Shown here: positions 45,239 through 54,238 of the stretch, one piece after another
Layout of the letters: each line of letters begins with the position of its first letter
Position numbering within the stretch: the stretch's first letter is position 1
DNA from: Verrucomicrobiota bacterium
Lineage (GTDB): Bacteria > Verrucomicrobiota > Verrucomicrobiia > Limisphaerales > Palsa-1400
Direction: 5' to 3'
Assembly (NCBI GenBank): GCA_049510745.1
Contig: JBEKYR010000033.1
Location: forward strand, 1 to 57,016
Length of the DNA stretch: 57,016 bases
Notes under the pieces: generated by a model
What the model was told of the DNA's origin: nothing
What the model saw: the letters and a program-made list of their open reading frames with translations, nothing else
Databases searched by the model: none
Program-made: the position numbers and the translations under genes

Positions 45239-45410
45239 CGCGGTCCACTGGATCGTGACCGTCGTCCGCTCCCGCAAAGCGCATGGCCGTGGCCAGCTTG
45301 CCAGGATCGGTCTTGGCCCGCTTCCGCAACTCGCTCTCGTTCCACCCCGGCCGTTTCAATTCCGTCGCAATGATCCGTTCCGCCTTCGCTTCCGGCGCTT
45401 CCCGCCGCAG
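45239..45410 (-). pseudogene. Frameshifted C-terminal remnant resembling REP-associated tyrosine transposase-like proteins
   Basis: Manual translation LRREAPEAKAERIIATELKRPGWNESELRKRAKTDPGKLATAMR, frameshift at 45276-45278, then LRERTTVTIQWTA; no start codon. Family recognised from memory. Confidence 0.55.
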
Positions 45411-45422
45411 GTCGCTCGCGCT

Positions 45423-46652
45423 TCAGTTCTTTAGCCGGTAATAACCCTGGCCCGCCAGTGGATAGACGATCACTTGATTCTGCAGGTTCGTGACCACAGG
45501 CGTGTTAGTCACATAAGTCCAATTGGTCGCGCTCAGGTCCGGTTTCTGCTGCAATTGATAGCCGGCCATCGGCCACGGCCAAGTGATCACGACGTTGGTC
45601 TCCCCAAGCACGGGGGTCAACCACGGATGCGGCATTGAGGTGACGATTTGGTCAAGAACGGTGTAACCATTGGCCGTGGTTGTTCCTTCCGACGAACAGG
45701 CCACAAAACCGCCGCCGTCCGCTGAAGAGGCGACCGCCATCCAGAGTTCCGCAGGCACATTGTTCGAGACCCAGGTCACGCCTGAATCGCTCGAAGTGTA
45801 AATCGGACCGGGAGTGGTAATGCCAAAGCCGCTTGGATTGACGGCCGCCACTAATTTGGTTCCATCCGCTGAAGAGGCGATGGCATTCCAAACTTCAATG
45901 GGCGCATTGGTTTGTTGCGTCCAGTTGGTTCCCCCATTGGTGGAAGTATAGATTCCGCCCCCGACAGCCACCGCCGCCAATTTCGTTCCATCCGCAGACG
46001 AAGCCAGCGCCCCCCACCAGATGGCAGGCTCATTGGTTTGTTGCGTCCAATTGGTGCCGGAATCGGTCGAGGTGTAAAAGCTGCCGTTGCCGCCGGCGTC
46101 TGCCACCAGCCGGGTTCCATCCGCGGAAGAGGCAAGGCCATTCCAATTCGTTGCCGGCGCGCTGGTCAGCATCCATGTATTTCCTGAATCGCTGGAAGTG
46201 TAAATGTTAATGGGTCCCGGCTGTCCCGTCTGCCCCACCGCCGCCAATCTCGTTCCGTCGGCTGACGAAGTGAGAAACATCCAATAACACTGTGGCGCGC
46301 TGGTTTGGGTAAATGTCACCCCCGAATTTGTCGAGGTGAAAATATAACCGTCATAGTTTTGCGCCCCCGCCACTTTCGTTCCGTCCGCCGAGCAAGCAAC
46401 GCAAGTGAAGCCGATATTCTGGGTGGTTTCCGTCCAACTGGCTCCTGAATTCGCGGAGACGTAAACCGACCAGGTCGGGTATCCGCCGGCCGCCACCAAT
46501 TTTGTTCCATCGGCCGAAGAGGCGACAGAAATCCAGTTTACATCCGTGGGCGCGCTGGTGCCCGACCAGGTTTGCGCGGCCGCGTGCCGCCCGCCGGCGG
46601 ACAACGCCAGGGACGTGGCCGCAAGGAATCGCAGGGCTTTCACTATTTTCAT
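45423..46652 (-). CDS. Secreted Asp-box/BNR repeat beta-propeller protein with small C-terminal beta domain
   Basis: Signal peptide; ~7 repeats of W..vASSADGTkL.A....IYTS.dSG..W; tail ITWP...YQLQQ..DL...W.........YYRL. Confidence 0.85.
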   Translation of the reverse strand: MKIVKALRFLAATSLALSAGGRHAAAQTWSGTSAPTDVNWISVASSADGTKLVAAGGYPTWSVYVSANSGASWTETTQNIGFTCVACSADGTKVAGAQNYDGYIFTSTNSGVTFTQTSAPQCYWMFLTSSADGTRLAAVGQTGQPGPINIYTSSDSGNTWMLTSAPATNWNGLASSADGTRLVADAGGNGSFYTSTDSGTNWTQQTNEPAIWWGALASSADGTKLAAVAVGGGIYTSTNGGTNWTQQTNAPIEVWNAIASSADGTKLVAAVNPSGFGITTPGPIYTSSDSGVTWVSNNVPAELWMAVASSADGGGFVACSSEGTTTANGYTVLDQIVTSMPHPWLTPVLGETNVVITWPWPMAGYQLQQKPDLSATNWTYVTNTPVVTNLQNQVIVYPLAGQGYYRLKN

Positions 46653-46886
46653 AGGTTCGTTTTTTGGTTTGCGGGAGACGGTTTAAAGAGTCTCCAGATT
46701 GTTTTTGGGTCTGCGGGACTTTTGGGGGGTGATTTTGGGGATCATTCGGGTTTTTGCAAGCCTTTTCCGACAGTTTTCTTGACGTCTGTCCAGCGGTCAA
46801 ACCGTACTATTGGCTTGTTCATGTTCGTTTCGCCATCGGTTCAAGACCGCATTGACCGTTTGGCGGGTGCCTGTGTGCAATCGGGC

Positions 46887-46927
46887 CGCGATCCACTGGA
46901 TTCGTTGCAAATTCCTTCCGGCAGGCG
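46887..46927 (+). repeat. Right copy of 41-bp degenerate direct repeat
   Basis: cgcgatccactggattcgttgcaaattccttccggcaggcg; ends 2 nt before the stop codon of the convergent protease gene. Confidence 0.85.
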
Positions 46928-46929
46928 GC

Positions 46930-47469
46930 TCAGCCACCGCGCGACACCCGCCGGTTGCCGTGCAATTGCCGCGCCGCCGCCAGAACCCGCAGGGCGATTG
47001 GCCGGAGAACTCGACGCAGCGCAGGGGTCATGCTATCTCCGACGGTGAACGGGTCTTTGACTTCGATAGCGAATATCTTTACCCGGCCTGGAACCGGCAA
47101 ACCCAACTGCCGGCCAAGCGCCACTATTTCCCCAACTCCTAGAAAATGCGGAGACACAATCGACAGGATTTTGAGCTGGCCGCCGTCGAATTCATGGAGA
47201 AAGCCGGGGGGCGCCTGTCGTGTCTGCACGGCGTCCACTAAAATCAAATCGGCGAAGCCCACGATGTGATCCAGAAGGGCCAGCCCCATTTCAGAGGTTT
47301 CCTGAACCTCGATTCCGTCGGAGTCGGAGAGGTGGCGTCTGATTTCACGGGCGACATTCAATCCCACCGCATCGTCGCTCAGGATGTCGTTGCCCAAACC
47401 GAGCACCAGGACCGGTTTCGTCCGGGGCGGCGCTTTTCCCGGCAGCACGTGAGGCGAAGACGCTTCCAT
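46930..47469 (-). CDS. Hydrogenase maturation protease (HyaD/HoxW family)
   Basis: VLGLGNDILSDDAVG, ILVDA......PG, SPH; follows mvhA. Start ATG 47469. Confidence 0.88.
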   Translation of the reverse strand: MEASSPHVLPGKAPPRTKPVLVLGLGNDILSDDAVGLNVAREIRRHLSDSDGIEVQETSEMGLALLDHIVGFADLILVDAVQTRQAPPGFLHEFDGGQLKILSIVSPHFLGVGEIVALGRQLGLPVPGRVKIFAIEVKDPFTVGDSMTPALRRVLRPIALRVLAAARQLHGNRRVSRGG

Positions 47470-47489
47470 GATGCCATCTCGATTCCTTG

Positions 47490-49037
47490 CTAGCCGAGCT
47501 TGAGGGAGGCGGGTTGAACCAATTGCCGGAGCAGGTTTCGCCGGGGGTCGTAGATGCTCACACAGAGCGGCAGGTGGCCGGGCAGGGAGTGAGTGGCGCA
47601 GCCGAAACACGGATCATAGGCGCGGAACGCCATCTCCACCATGTTCAGCAGCCCCTCGCTCACGTTGCCTTTCTTGATGAGGCCCTTGGCGGCCTTCTCC
47701 ACGCTCATGGCGATGCGGGCGGCGTTGTTTTGCGTGGCGACGATCAGGTTGGCCTTGGTGATGAGGCCCTGGCCGTCCGTCTCGAAATGATGATAGAGCG
47801 TGCCGCGCGGGGCCTCGACCACTCCGACCCCGACGCTCGGCTTGGCGCTCGGAATGACGCGGAGGTCCGTGCTGGTAATTTCCGGGTCGTTGAGCAACTC
47901 GACGATGCGTTCGGCGGCGTAAATCATTTCGACGACGCGCGCCCAATGGTTGGCCAGCGTGTGATGCACGGGCTTGCCGCCGAGGGTATTAAAAAATTCC
48001 TCGCAAGCCTTCTGCGCCTGCGGCGTGGCCATCCCGTCGGCCACGTTGAGGCGCGCCAGCGGCGCCACCGCGTAAACGCTGCTCTGCGGTCCTTCCTCGA
48101 ATCCGTGCCAGCCCAGCGGCTTGAGAAAACAGAACTTCACGTAACTCCACGGCTCGACGTGTTCGGCCACAAAGTCGCGATACTGCCGGGCGGGAAACTT
48201 CGCATACTCCTTGCCGCTGGCATCCACCACCCGCACGAGGCCGTCGTAGAAGTTCACCCGGTTCTGCGCGTCCACAAGGCCCATGTAGTAAGTCCGGTGG
48301 GTGTAGGCGTCCGACGTGATGAGCTTCACATAGTCGGGATTCTTCAAAACGATGTCCTTGAAGACCTGCAGCGTGAACAAGGCGAAGTCCAGCGTGTCTT
48401 TGGCCAGCGCTTGGAACGGCGGCAGGTCCTCCGGCTTGAGTCCCTTGGACACGCCGCCGGGCAAGCCCAGCACAGGATGAATCACCTTGCCGCCGAAGTA
48501 AGCGATCAGTTCGCGCAAGCGGCGGCGCATGGAAATGACTTTTTTGCCGACTTCGATCCCGACCTTCTGGATGACGCCCACCACGTTGCGCTGTTCCGGC
48601 GGCGCTTGCGGCCCGACAATGAAGTCCGGGCCGCCAAGGATGTAAACGTGCAGGGCATGGTCCTCCATCACAAAGGTGTTATAGACCAGCTCGCGAATCT
48701 TGCGGGCGGCGGGCGGCGGTTCAACCTGGTAAAGGTCATCGAGCGCCTTGGTCGCGGCCATGTGGTGGGCGGTGGGGCAAACGCCGCAGATGCGGCTGGT
48801 TATCTGGGGCATCTCCTCCGCGGGCCGGCCCAGGCTGAAGACCTCGAAACCGCGCAACTCGGGGATTTGCAGGTAAGCGCGCTCCACGTCGCCGGCGTCA
48901 TCCAGGAAAATGTCAATCTTGCCGTGGCCTTCCAGGCGGGTAATCGGGTCAATCGTCACGCGACGGCGCGCGGTTTGAGCGGCGGCGTTGGCGCGCGCGC
49001 CGGCCTCGTTCCAAACTTTGGTGGTGTCGGGGTTCAT
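47490..49037 (-). CDS. mvhA: Group 3c [NiFe]-hydrogenase large subunit MvhA
   Basis: IDPITRLEGHGKI, RGFE.F..GR..EE.P.IT.RICGVCP.AH, EAPRGTL.HH, RAYDPCFGCATH plus tail. Confidence 0.93.
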   Translation of the reverse strand: MNPDTTKVWNEAGARANAAAQTARRRVTIDPITRLEGHGKIDIFLDDAGDVERAYLQIPELRGFEVFSLGRPAEEMPQITSRICGVCPTAHHMAATKALDDLYQVEPPPAARKIRELVYNTFVMEDHALHVYILGGPDFIVGPQAPPEQRNVVGVIQKVGIEVGKKVISMRRRLRELIAYFGGKVIHPVLGLPGGVSKGLKPEDLPPFQALAKDTLDFALFTLQVFKDIVLKNPDYVKLITSDAYTHRTYYMGLVDAQNRVNFYDGLVRVVDASGKEYAKFPARQYRDFVAEHVEPWSYVKFCFLKPLGWHGFEEGPQSSVYAVAPLARLNVADGMATPQAQKACEEFFNTLGGKPVHHTLANHWARVVEMIYAAERIVELLNDPEITSTDLRVIPSAKPSVGVGVVEAPRGTLYHHFETDGQGLITKANLIVATQNNAARIAMSVEKAAKGLIKKGNVSEGLLNMVEMAFRAYDPCFGCATHSLPGHLPLCVSIYDPRRNLLRQLVQPASLKLG

Positions 49038-50029
49038 GGCGTCTCCTGGGCGGCTTCAAGCGGCAGGCTCACCTTGCGCCGCAGCAAACTCTTGGCCAGT
49101 CCGTAGCGGTAAAACGTGCCCACTGGGTCAGGGATGCCGGCCAGGATGCCGGGGATGTCCTTTTCATCCTTCGCGGCCACGTTGGCGCACAGGGAGGAGA
49201 GGATTTTCGCGCCCTGATCGCGCACGCGCGAAGTTGGCCCGAAACACCCGGTGCAGGGCATGTTGCCGCCGGGACAAACCGCTTCGCAGCCGGCGCGCGT
49301 GGCGGGACCCATGCAGACGACGCTTTGCGCCAGCAGGCAGAGATTGGGGTCGAGCGCGACCTGATGCGGACGCTTGAACTCGGTGAAGCTCAAGTCAGCG
49401 GGTTTGCTCGCCTTGCGCGGGCACTGCTCGCACAGGGCCACGTCGGGCGCCAGCACGCTGCCTTTGGGCGGGAGCTTGCCTTCCAGCAACGCGCCGATGG
49501 CCGCTTGGGTGATTTTGGGCGTGGGCGGGCAGCCGGGGATATAGAAGTCCACGTCCACCACCTGGTCGAGCGCGCGGACGACGTTGCGAAATTGCGGCAA
49601 CGTCACGGTGTGGCCGTTGTTCTGAACCGAAGTCTGCGGCCGCGTCTTCGCCTCGTTCACCACCGTTGGCGCTTCCTCATAGACGTAACGGAGCAGTTGC
49701 CCGCGCGAAAATTGATTGGCCAAACCGGGAATGCCGCCCAGTTGCGCGCAAGCGCCGTACGCGATGAGGTATTGGCTCTTGCGCCGGAGCAAATGCGCCA
49801 TCTCCTCCTGCTCGCTGGTGCGGATGGCGCCGTTGAGCAGCGTCGCCACGATGGACCTGTCCGGCATCGCCTCGACATGCTTCTTTTTGAAATCCATCGC
49901 CACCGGCCAGAAGACAATATCCACGGCCTCGATCACGCCGAGGATGTCCTCCGCAAAATCCACGATGGTTTCTTCGCAACCACCGCACGAGGCGCACCAG
50001 TAGAAGCAGATTTTGGGCTTATCAGGCAT
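49034..50029 (-). CDS. mvhG: Group 3c [NiFe]-hydrogenase small subunit MvhG
   Basis: YWCASCGGCE, G.CA..GGIPGLAN, PGCPP, C..CP, CLL.Q...CMGPATR.GC...C......C.GC.GP. Confidence 0.93.
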   Translation of the reverse strand: MPDKPKICFYWCASCGGCEETIVDFAEDILGVIEAVDIVFWPVAMDFKKKHVEAMPDRSIVATLLNGAIRTSEQEEMAHLLRRKSQYLIAYGACAQLGGIPGLANQFSRGQLLRYVYEEAPTVVNEAKTRPQTSVQNNGHTVTLPQFRNVVRALDQVVDVDFYIPGCPPTPKITQAAIGALLEGKLPPKGSVLAPDVALCEQCPRKASKPADLSFTEFKRPHQVALDPNLCLLAQSVVCMGPATRAGCEAVCPGGNMPCTGCFGPTSRVRDQGAKILSSLCANVAAKDEKDIPGILAGIPDPVGTFYRYGLAKSLLRRKVSLPLEAAQETP

Positions 50030-50537
50030 GGGCCACCTCCGGCGCGGCGCGTTGCTCCGCCAACGGGCCGTGGCCCGCCGGCTCGGCGGGAAGCGTCATT
50101 TCGCCGTCCCAATCCTTGCGGCGTTGCGGCAGGTTGAGCGGCCCCAGCGCGCGGACTTGCGCCACCATGTCGTTAATGACGGTTTTGACCCGTTCGCCCT
50201 CCGAGGCGGAGATCCATTCCAACCGCACACGCTGGTCTTCGACGCCCATATCGCGCAAGAGGCGCTGGAGCATTTGAAAGCGGCGCACGGTCTTGTAGTT
50301 TCCCTCGACATAGTGGCAATCGCCCAAATGACAGCCGCCAATGAGCACGCCGTCCGCCCCCTGGGTCAGCGCCTCCAGAATGAACTGCGGGTCCACGCGG
50401 CCGGAGCACATGAGCCGGATGACGCGGACGTTGGGCGCGTACTTGAGCCGCGACACGCCGGCCAGATCGGCGGCGGTGTAAGTACACCAGTTGCAGAAGA
50501 ACGCCACGATGCGCGGCTGCCAATTCGGGTCAGACAT
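50022..50537 (-). CDS. mvhD: [2Fe-2S] adaptor subunit MvhD
   Basis: FFCNWCTYTAADLAG, R.MCSGRV, GADGV...GCH.GDCHY..GN, W.SASEG. Confidence 0.95.
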   Translation of the reverse strand: MSDPNWQPRIVAFFCNWCTYTAADLAGVSRLKYAPNVRVIRLMCSGRVDPQFILEALTQGADGVLIGGCHLGDCHYVEGNYKTVRRFQMLQRLLRDMGVEDQRVRLEWISASEGERVKTVINDMVAQVRALGPLNLPQRRKDWDGEMTLPAEPAGHGPLAEQRAAPEVAHA

Positions 50538-52530
50538 AACTCAGCACTCCTTCGATTTCGGCGAAGATTTCCTCGTCCTCGAACAAATTCTGCTTGATCG
50601 AACCGCTCGGACAGGCGGCCACGCACGTGCCGCAGCCTTTGCACAGCGCCTCGTTGAGCTGCGCCTTCTGCTTCGCCTCGTCGAATGTAATCGCGGTGTA
50701 GGGACAGAGCGGGATGCATGATTTGCAGCCGGAACAATCGGCTTCGACGATGTAAGCCGTGTTCGGTTCCTGTTCGATATAGCCCTTGTCAATCAGCGCC
50801 ATCGCTTCGGCGGCGGCGGCGCCCGCTTGCGCGATGCTGTCGGGGATGTCCTTGGGACCCTGGCAGCAGCCGGCGATGAACACGCCGTCGGTGAACGTGC
50901 TGACGGGCGCCAGCTTGGGGTGTTTCTCCAGGAACCAGCCTTCCGTGCCGCAACTCATGTTGAAGAGCCGCCGCACCTCCTGCGCGTCGGCCTGCGGCTC
51001 CATGCCCACGGCGAGCACGATCATGTCCACCGGAATCCGCCGCACGAAACCCGCCAGCGTGTCCTCCACGCGGATGACCAGCTTGCCTTCTTCTTCGGAC
51101 GCCAGCGCCCAGTCCGTTACTTCGGCCACGCGGCCGCGCACGAACTGGATGCCTTCCCTGAGCGACTTGTCGTAGAACTCCTCGCAGCCTTTGCCCGGCG
51201 CGCGGATGTCCATGTAGAACACGGTCACGTCCGCGTCGGTGTGTTCCCGCACCAGTTGCGCCAGTTTCATCGAGTGCATGCAACAGGTGCGCGAACACCA
51301 CCGGTTGGTCTTCAGGTCGCGCGACCCGACGCACAAGATGAATCCGACCGACTTCGGATGACGGCCATCGCGCAGGACGATTTCACCCGCCGTCGGGCCG
51401 GAACTGGTGACCAGCCGCTCCAGTTCAATGGACGTGACGACGTTCGGATACAGGCCGTAGCCGTATTGGGGAATCCGCTTGGCATCGAAGAGTTTGAAGC
51501 CCGTCGCAAGGATGATGTTGCCGACTTTGATTTCGACCAGCTCCTCTTTCTGGGTGAAGTCAATCGCTTGCCGGTCGGCGCAGGCCTCCAGGCACGTCTT
51601 CTTGCACTTGCCCGTCTTGAGCTGAAGGCAGCGTTCCGGGTCAATCAGCACGACCTGCGGCACGGCTTGGGGGAAGGGGATGTAAATGGGCTTCCGCTTG
51701 CTCAGGCCGACGTTGAATTCGTCGGGGAACTTGGGCGCTTTGAAGACGCACGCCTCGATGCACTCCTGGCAGCCGACGCACAATTCCTCGTTCACATAAC
51801 GAGGCTTGCGCTTGACCGTGACCGTGTAATTGCCGACATAGCCATCGACCTTCACCACCTCCGAGTAAGTCCACATCGTGATGTTTTCGTGGGCGCGGAC
51901 GGCGGACATCTTGGGTGTGAGAATGCAGGCGGCGCAATCGAGCGTCGGGAACGTCTTGTCGAACTTCGCCATGTGCCCGCCGATGCTCGGCTCGCGTTCG
52001 ACCAGGAAAACCTTCTTGCCCGCGTTGGCCACCGTGATGGCCGCGTGAATGCCCGCGATCCCGCCGCCCACCACCAGCACGTCGGGGTGAATCGGAACCC
52101 GCGTCGTCTCCAGCGACCGATGAAAACGAACGCGGGCAATGGCGGCCCGCGCCAGCGACTTGGCTTTGGCCGTGGCTTCGGCGTGGTCGGTATGCACCCA
52201 CGAATCGTGCTCGCGGATGTTGACCATCTGGAAATAGAACGGGTTCAGTCCGCCCGCGGCCACGGCGTTGCGGAAGGTGTGCTCGTGCAGCAACGGCGAG
52301 CACGACGCCACGACGACGCGGTTGAGTTTGTGCTCGCGGATGTCCTGCTGGATCAACTCCTGCCCCGGGTCGGAGCACATGTACTTGTAGTCGCGCGACA
52401 CGACCACGCCGGGAAGTTTGGCGATGTCTTGCGCCACGGCGGGGCAATCCACCAGGCCCGCGATGTTGTGCCCGCAGTGGCAGATGTAGAAGCCGATGCG
52501 AACGGCGCCATTCCTGTTGTTCGTGTTCAT
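50530..52530 (-). CDS. hdrA: Heterodisulfide reductase subunit A
   Basis: CHCG.NI, YMCS..GQ, VVGGGIAG, DKTFPTLDCAACIL.P, ELER, CVGSRD....CSRTCCM...K, GPKDIP, two C-terminal ferredoxin motifs. Confidence 0.95.
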   Translation of the reverse strand: MNTNNRNGAVRIGFYICHCGHNIAGLVDCPAVAQDIAKLPGVVVSRDYKYMCSDPGQELIQQDIREHKLNRVVVASCSPLLHEHTFRNAVAAGGLNPFYFQMVNIREHDSWVHTDHAEATAKAKSLARAAIARVRFHRSLETTRVPIHPDVLVVGGGIAGIHAAITVANAGKKVFLVEREPSIGGHMAKFDKTFPTLDCAACILTPKMSAVRAHENITMWTYSEVVKVDGYVGNYTVTVKRKPRYVNEELCVGCQECIEACVFKAPKFPDEFNVGLSKRKPIYIPFPQAVPQVVLIDPERCLQLKTGKCKKTCLEACADRQAIDFTQKEELVEIKVGNIILATGFKLFDAKRIPQYGYGLYPNVVTSIELERLVTSSGPTAGEIVLRDGRHPKSVGFILCVGSRDLKTNRWCSRTCCMHSMKLAQLVREHTDADVTVFYMDIRAPGKGCEEFYDKSLREGIQFVRGRVAEVTDWALASEEEGKLVIRVEDTLAGFVRRIPVDMIVLAVGMEPQADAQEVRRLFNMSCGTEGWFLEKHPKLAPVSTFTDGVFIAGCCQGPKDIPDSIAQAGAAAAEAMALIDKGYIEQEPNTAYIVEADCSGCKSCIPLCPYTAITFDEAKQKAQLNEALCKGCGTCVAACPSGSIKQNLFEDEEIFAEIEGVLSYV

Positions 52531-53399
52531 ACTGTGGCGGGTTCGGCTGGCAATGGTTTCATGGGAACAAAGTTGCGCTGCAATCCGAGTTGTTTCGGCG
52601 ACAGGCCGAAGGCCAGTCCCATCAATTGCGTGAAATAGACCGTCGCGATGCGCGTCGGCCCCCAGCGCCGGTCAATCTGGTCGTGATACGCGTCCAGGTT
52701 GAACTGGCAAAGCGGACAGACCGTGGCGATCACGTCCGCCCCGCGGCGCACGGCTTCCTTGAGCAGAATGTAGGTCAGGCGCAGCCCGGCTTCCGGGACC
52801 GTGCCGGTCAAACTCCCGCCGCAACACTTGGTCTTGAGCGGGTAGGGAACGACCTCCGCCCCGAGTGTGGCCAGCAGCCTGTCCATCGTCGTGGGGTTCC
52901 ACGCGTCGTCGAACGTCGCGTAAGGGCGCACCACCTGGCAGCCGTAGTAGGGCGCCACTTTCAATCCCTTCAGGGGGCGGACGACCTTTTCCTTGATGAC
53001 GTCCAGTCCCACGTCGTGAACGAGCACGTCGAGCGGATGGCGCACCGGCACCTTGCCGCTGTACGTGAGATTGGCGCCGCTCAGGGCGCGCCCGACGGCC
53101 GCGTTGATTTCGGGAAAGTCGGCGATGTTGTGCTTGGTCTTGTTGAGCACCAGATAGCAGGCGCTGCAGGGCGTCAGGAGATCGTGCGGACCGGTTTTCT
53201 CGGCGATGGCCAGATTGCGCGCCGCCAGCACCGCCGCCTTGGCCTCGTCCACCGACATGTAGGCCGTGGCGCCGCAGCAGTTCCAATCGTCCAGTTCGAC
53301 CAGTTGCACGCCGAGGTGCTGCATGACGGGCAGGAGAGATTCCTCGTAAGCGCGGCCCAGCCCGCGGAGCGAGCAGCCGGGGAAGTAGGAGTAGGTCAT
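52527..53399 (-). CDS. hdrB: Heterodisulfide reductase subunit B
   Basis: Two intact CCG domains: YFPGC..DWNCCG..CSAC and YYGC..CCGG..CPLCQFNL. Confidence 0.94.
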   Translation of the reverse strand: MTYSYFPGCSLRGLGRAYEESLLPVMQHLGVQLVELDDWNCCGATAYMSVDEAKAAVLAARNLAIAEKTGPHDLLTPCSACYLVLNKTKHNIADFPEINAAVGRALSGANLTYSGKVPVRHPLDVLVHDVGLDVIKEKVVRPLKGLKVAPYYGCQVVRPYATFDDAWNPTTMDRLLATLGAEVVPYPLKTKCCGGSLTGTVPEAGLRLTYILLKEAVRRGADVIATVCPLCQFNLDAYHDQIDRRWGPTRIATVYFTQLMGLAFGLSPKQLGLQRNFVPMKPLPAEPATV

Positions 53400-53995
53400 G
53401 CCGCCTCCTTCGGTTTGCCATCACCACTGCCGGCGGTGGCAAGCATCGCGGCCAGTTCGGCGCGCCGTTCGATGCGTTCGTGCCGGATCACAAACCGCCC
53501 CGTGCGAATCAATCCCAGCCCCAGCCGCCACGAGCCGAGCACGGCCCGCCAATTGGCCTTGAGGAACAGCCTCATCACGAGCAGCGTCTCGGTGATGCGG
53601 CCTTTGCTGCGCACCATCGCGGAGAATTCCTTGGCCAGCACCGGTATCGGGAATCGCTTTGGATAGATGCCGTCCTGGATGGCCCGTTGCTTTAACGCAT
53701 ACATGATATCGGTGATGCGAATCTGGCGCGGGCACTCGACGGTGCAGGCGTAACAGGAGGCGCAAAGCCAGATGGTGTGGCTGCGCAGAACTTCGTTCTT
53801 GAAATCGGCCCGCACCAGCGCCATGACCTGGCGCGGCGAGAAATCCATGTAGATGCTCAACGGGCAGGTCCCGGAACAGGTGCCGCACTGGATGCAACTC
53901 TGGAGTTGCTCGCAGCCCGACACGCTCATGATCTCCTTCGCAAACCCTCTGACCCGGTCAGCTTCGTATTTGATCGTGCGTTTGATTCGCATCAT
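53396..53995 (-). CDS. hdrC: Heterodisulfide reductase subunit C
   Basis: CIQCGTCSGTCP and WLCASCYAC..ECP; upstream of hdrB. Confidence 0.93.
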   Translation of the reverse strand: MMRIKRTIKYEADRVRGFAKEIMSVSGCEQLQSCIQCGTCSGTCPLSIYMDFSPRQVMALVRADFKNEVLRSHTIWLCASCYACTVECPRQIRITDIMYALKQRAIQDGIYPKRFPIPVLAKEFSAMVRSKGRITETLLVMRLFLKANWRAVLGSWRLGLGLIRTGRFVIRHERIERRAELAAMLATAGSGDGKPKEAA

Positions 53996-54238
53996 AAATT
54001 GCCTCGGCCTCTGGCTGCGGCCCACGCCTCGGAGCCACGCGACATACCCCCATTACTCTTTCCAGCTAAGTTGACGCCCGGAAGAAAGTCTCACCCTGCG
54101 TTGGCAAAGACCGGCCATCTTTTGCGCATCGCACCGGCCCGGATTTGTCGCTTCTGCCCAAAAAAGTCGCTTGACACCACAACCCTTTGTTGTTACGAAC
54201 GTCTCAGGCTACATTATGTAGCGGTTGACTCGAACTTT

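Larger units (their letters stand above)
43827..46886. mobile_element. Small accessory island between direct repeats (no integrase seen)
   Basis: Bounded by the 41-bp repeats; carries nuclease, TA pair, transposase remnant and secreted protein; visibly more AT-rich codon usage than flanks. Confidence 0.6.

Noticed and set aside
45700..46560. Periodic DNA repeats suggesting a CRISPR array
   Set aside because: They are degenerate in-frame coding repeats of the beta-propeller; no identical repeats with unique spacers and no cas genes.
47487..52638. Long plus-strand ORFs 47487-49106 and 50827-52638
   Set aside because: Antisense shadows of mvhA and hdrA.
54102..54117. Minus-strand TGGCCGGTCTTTGCCA as a sigma54 promoter for hdrC
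   Set aside because: GG-to-GC spacing is 9 nt rather than the required 10.
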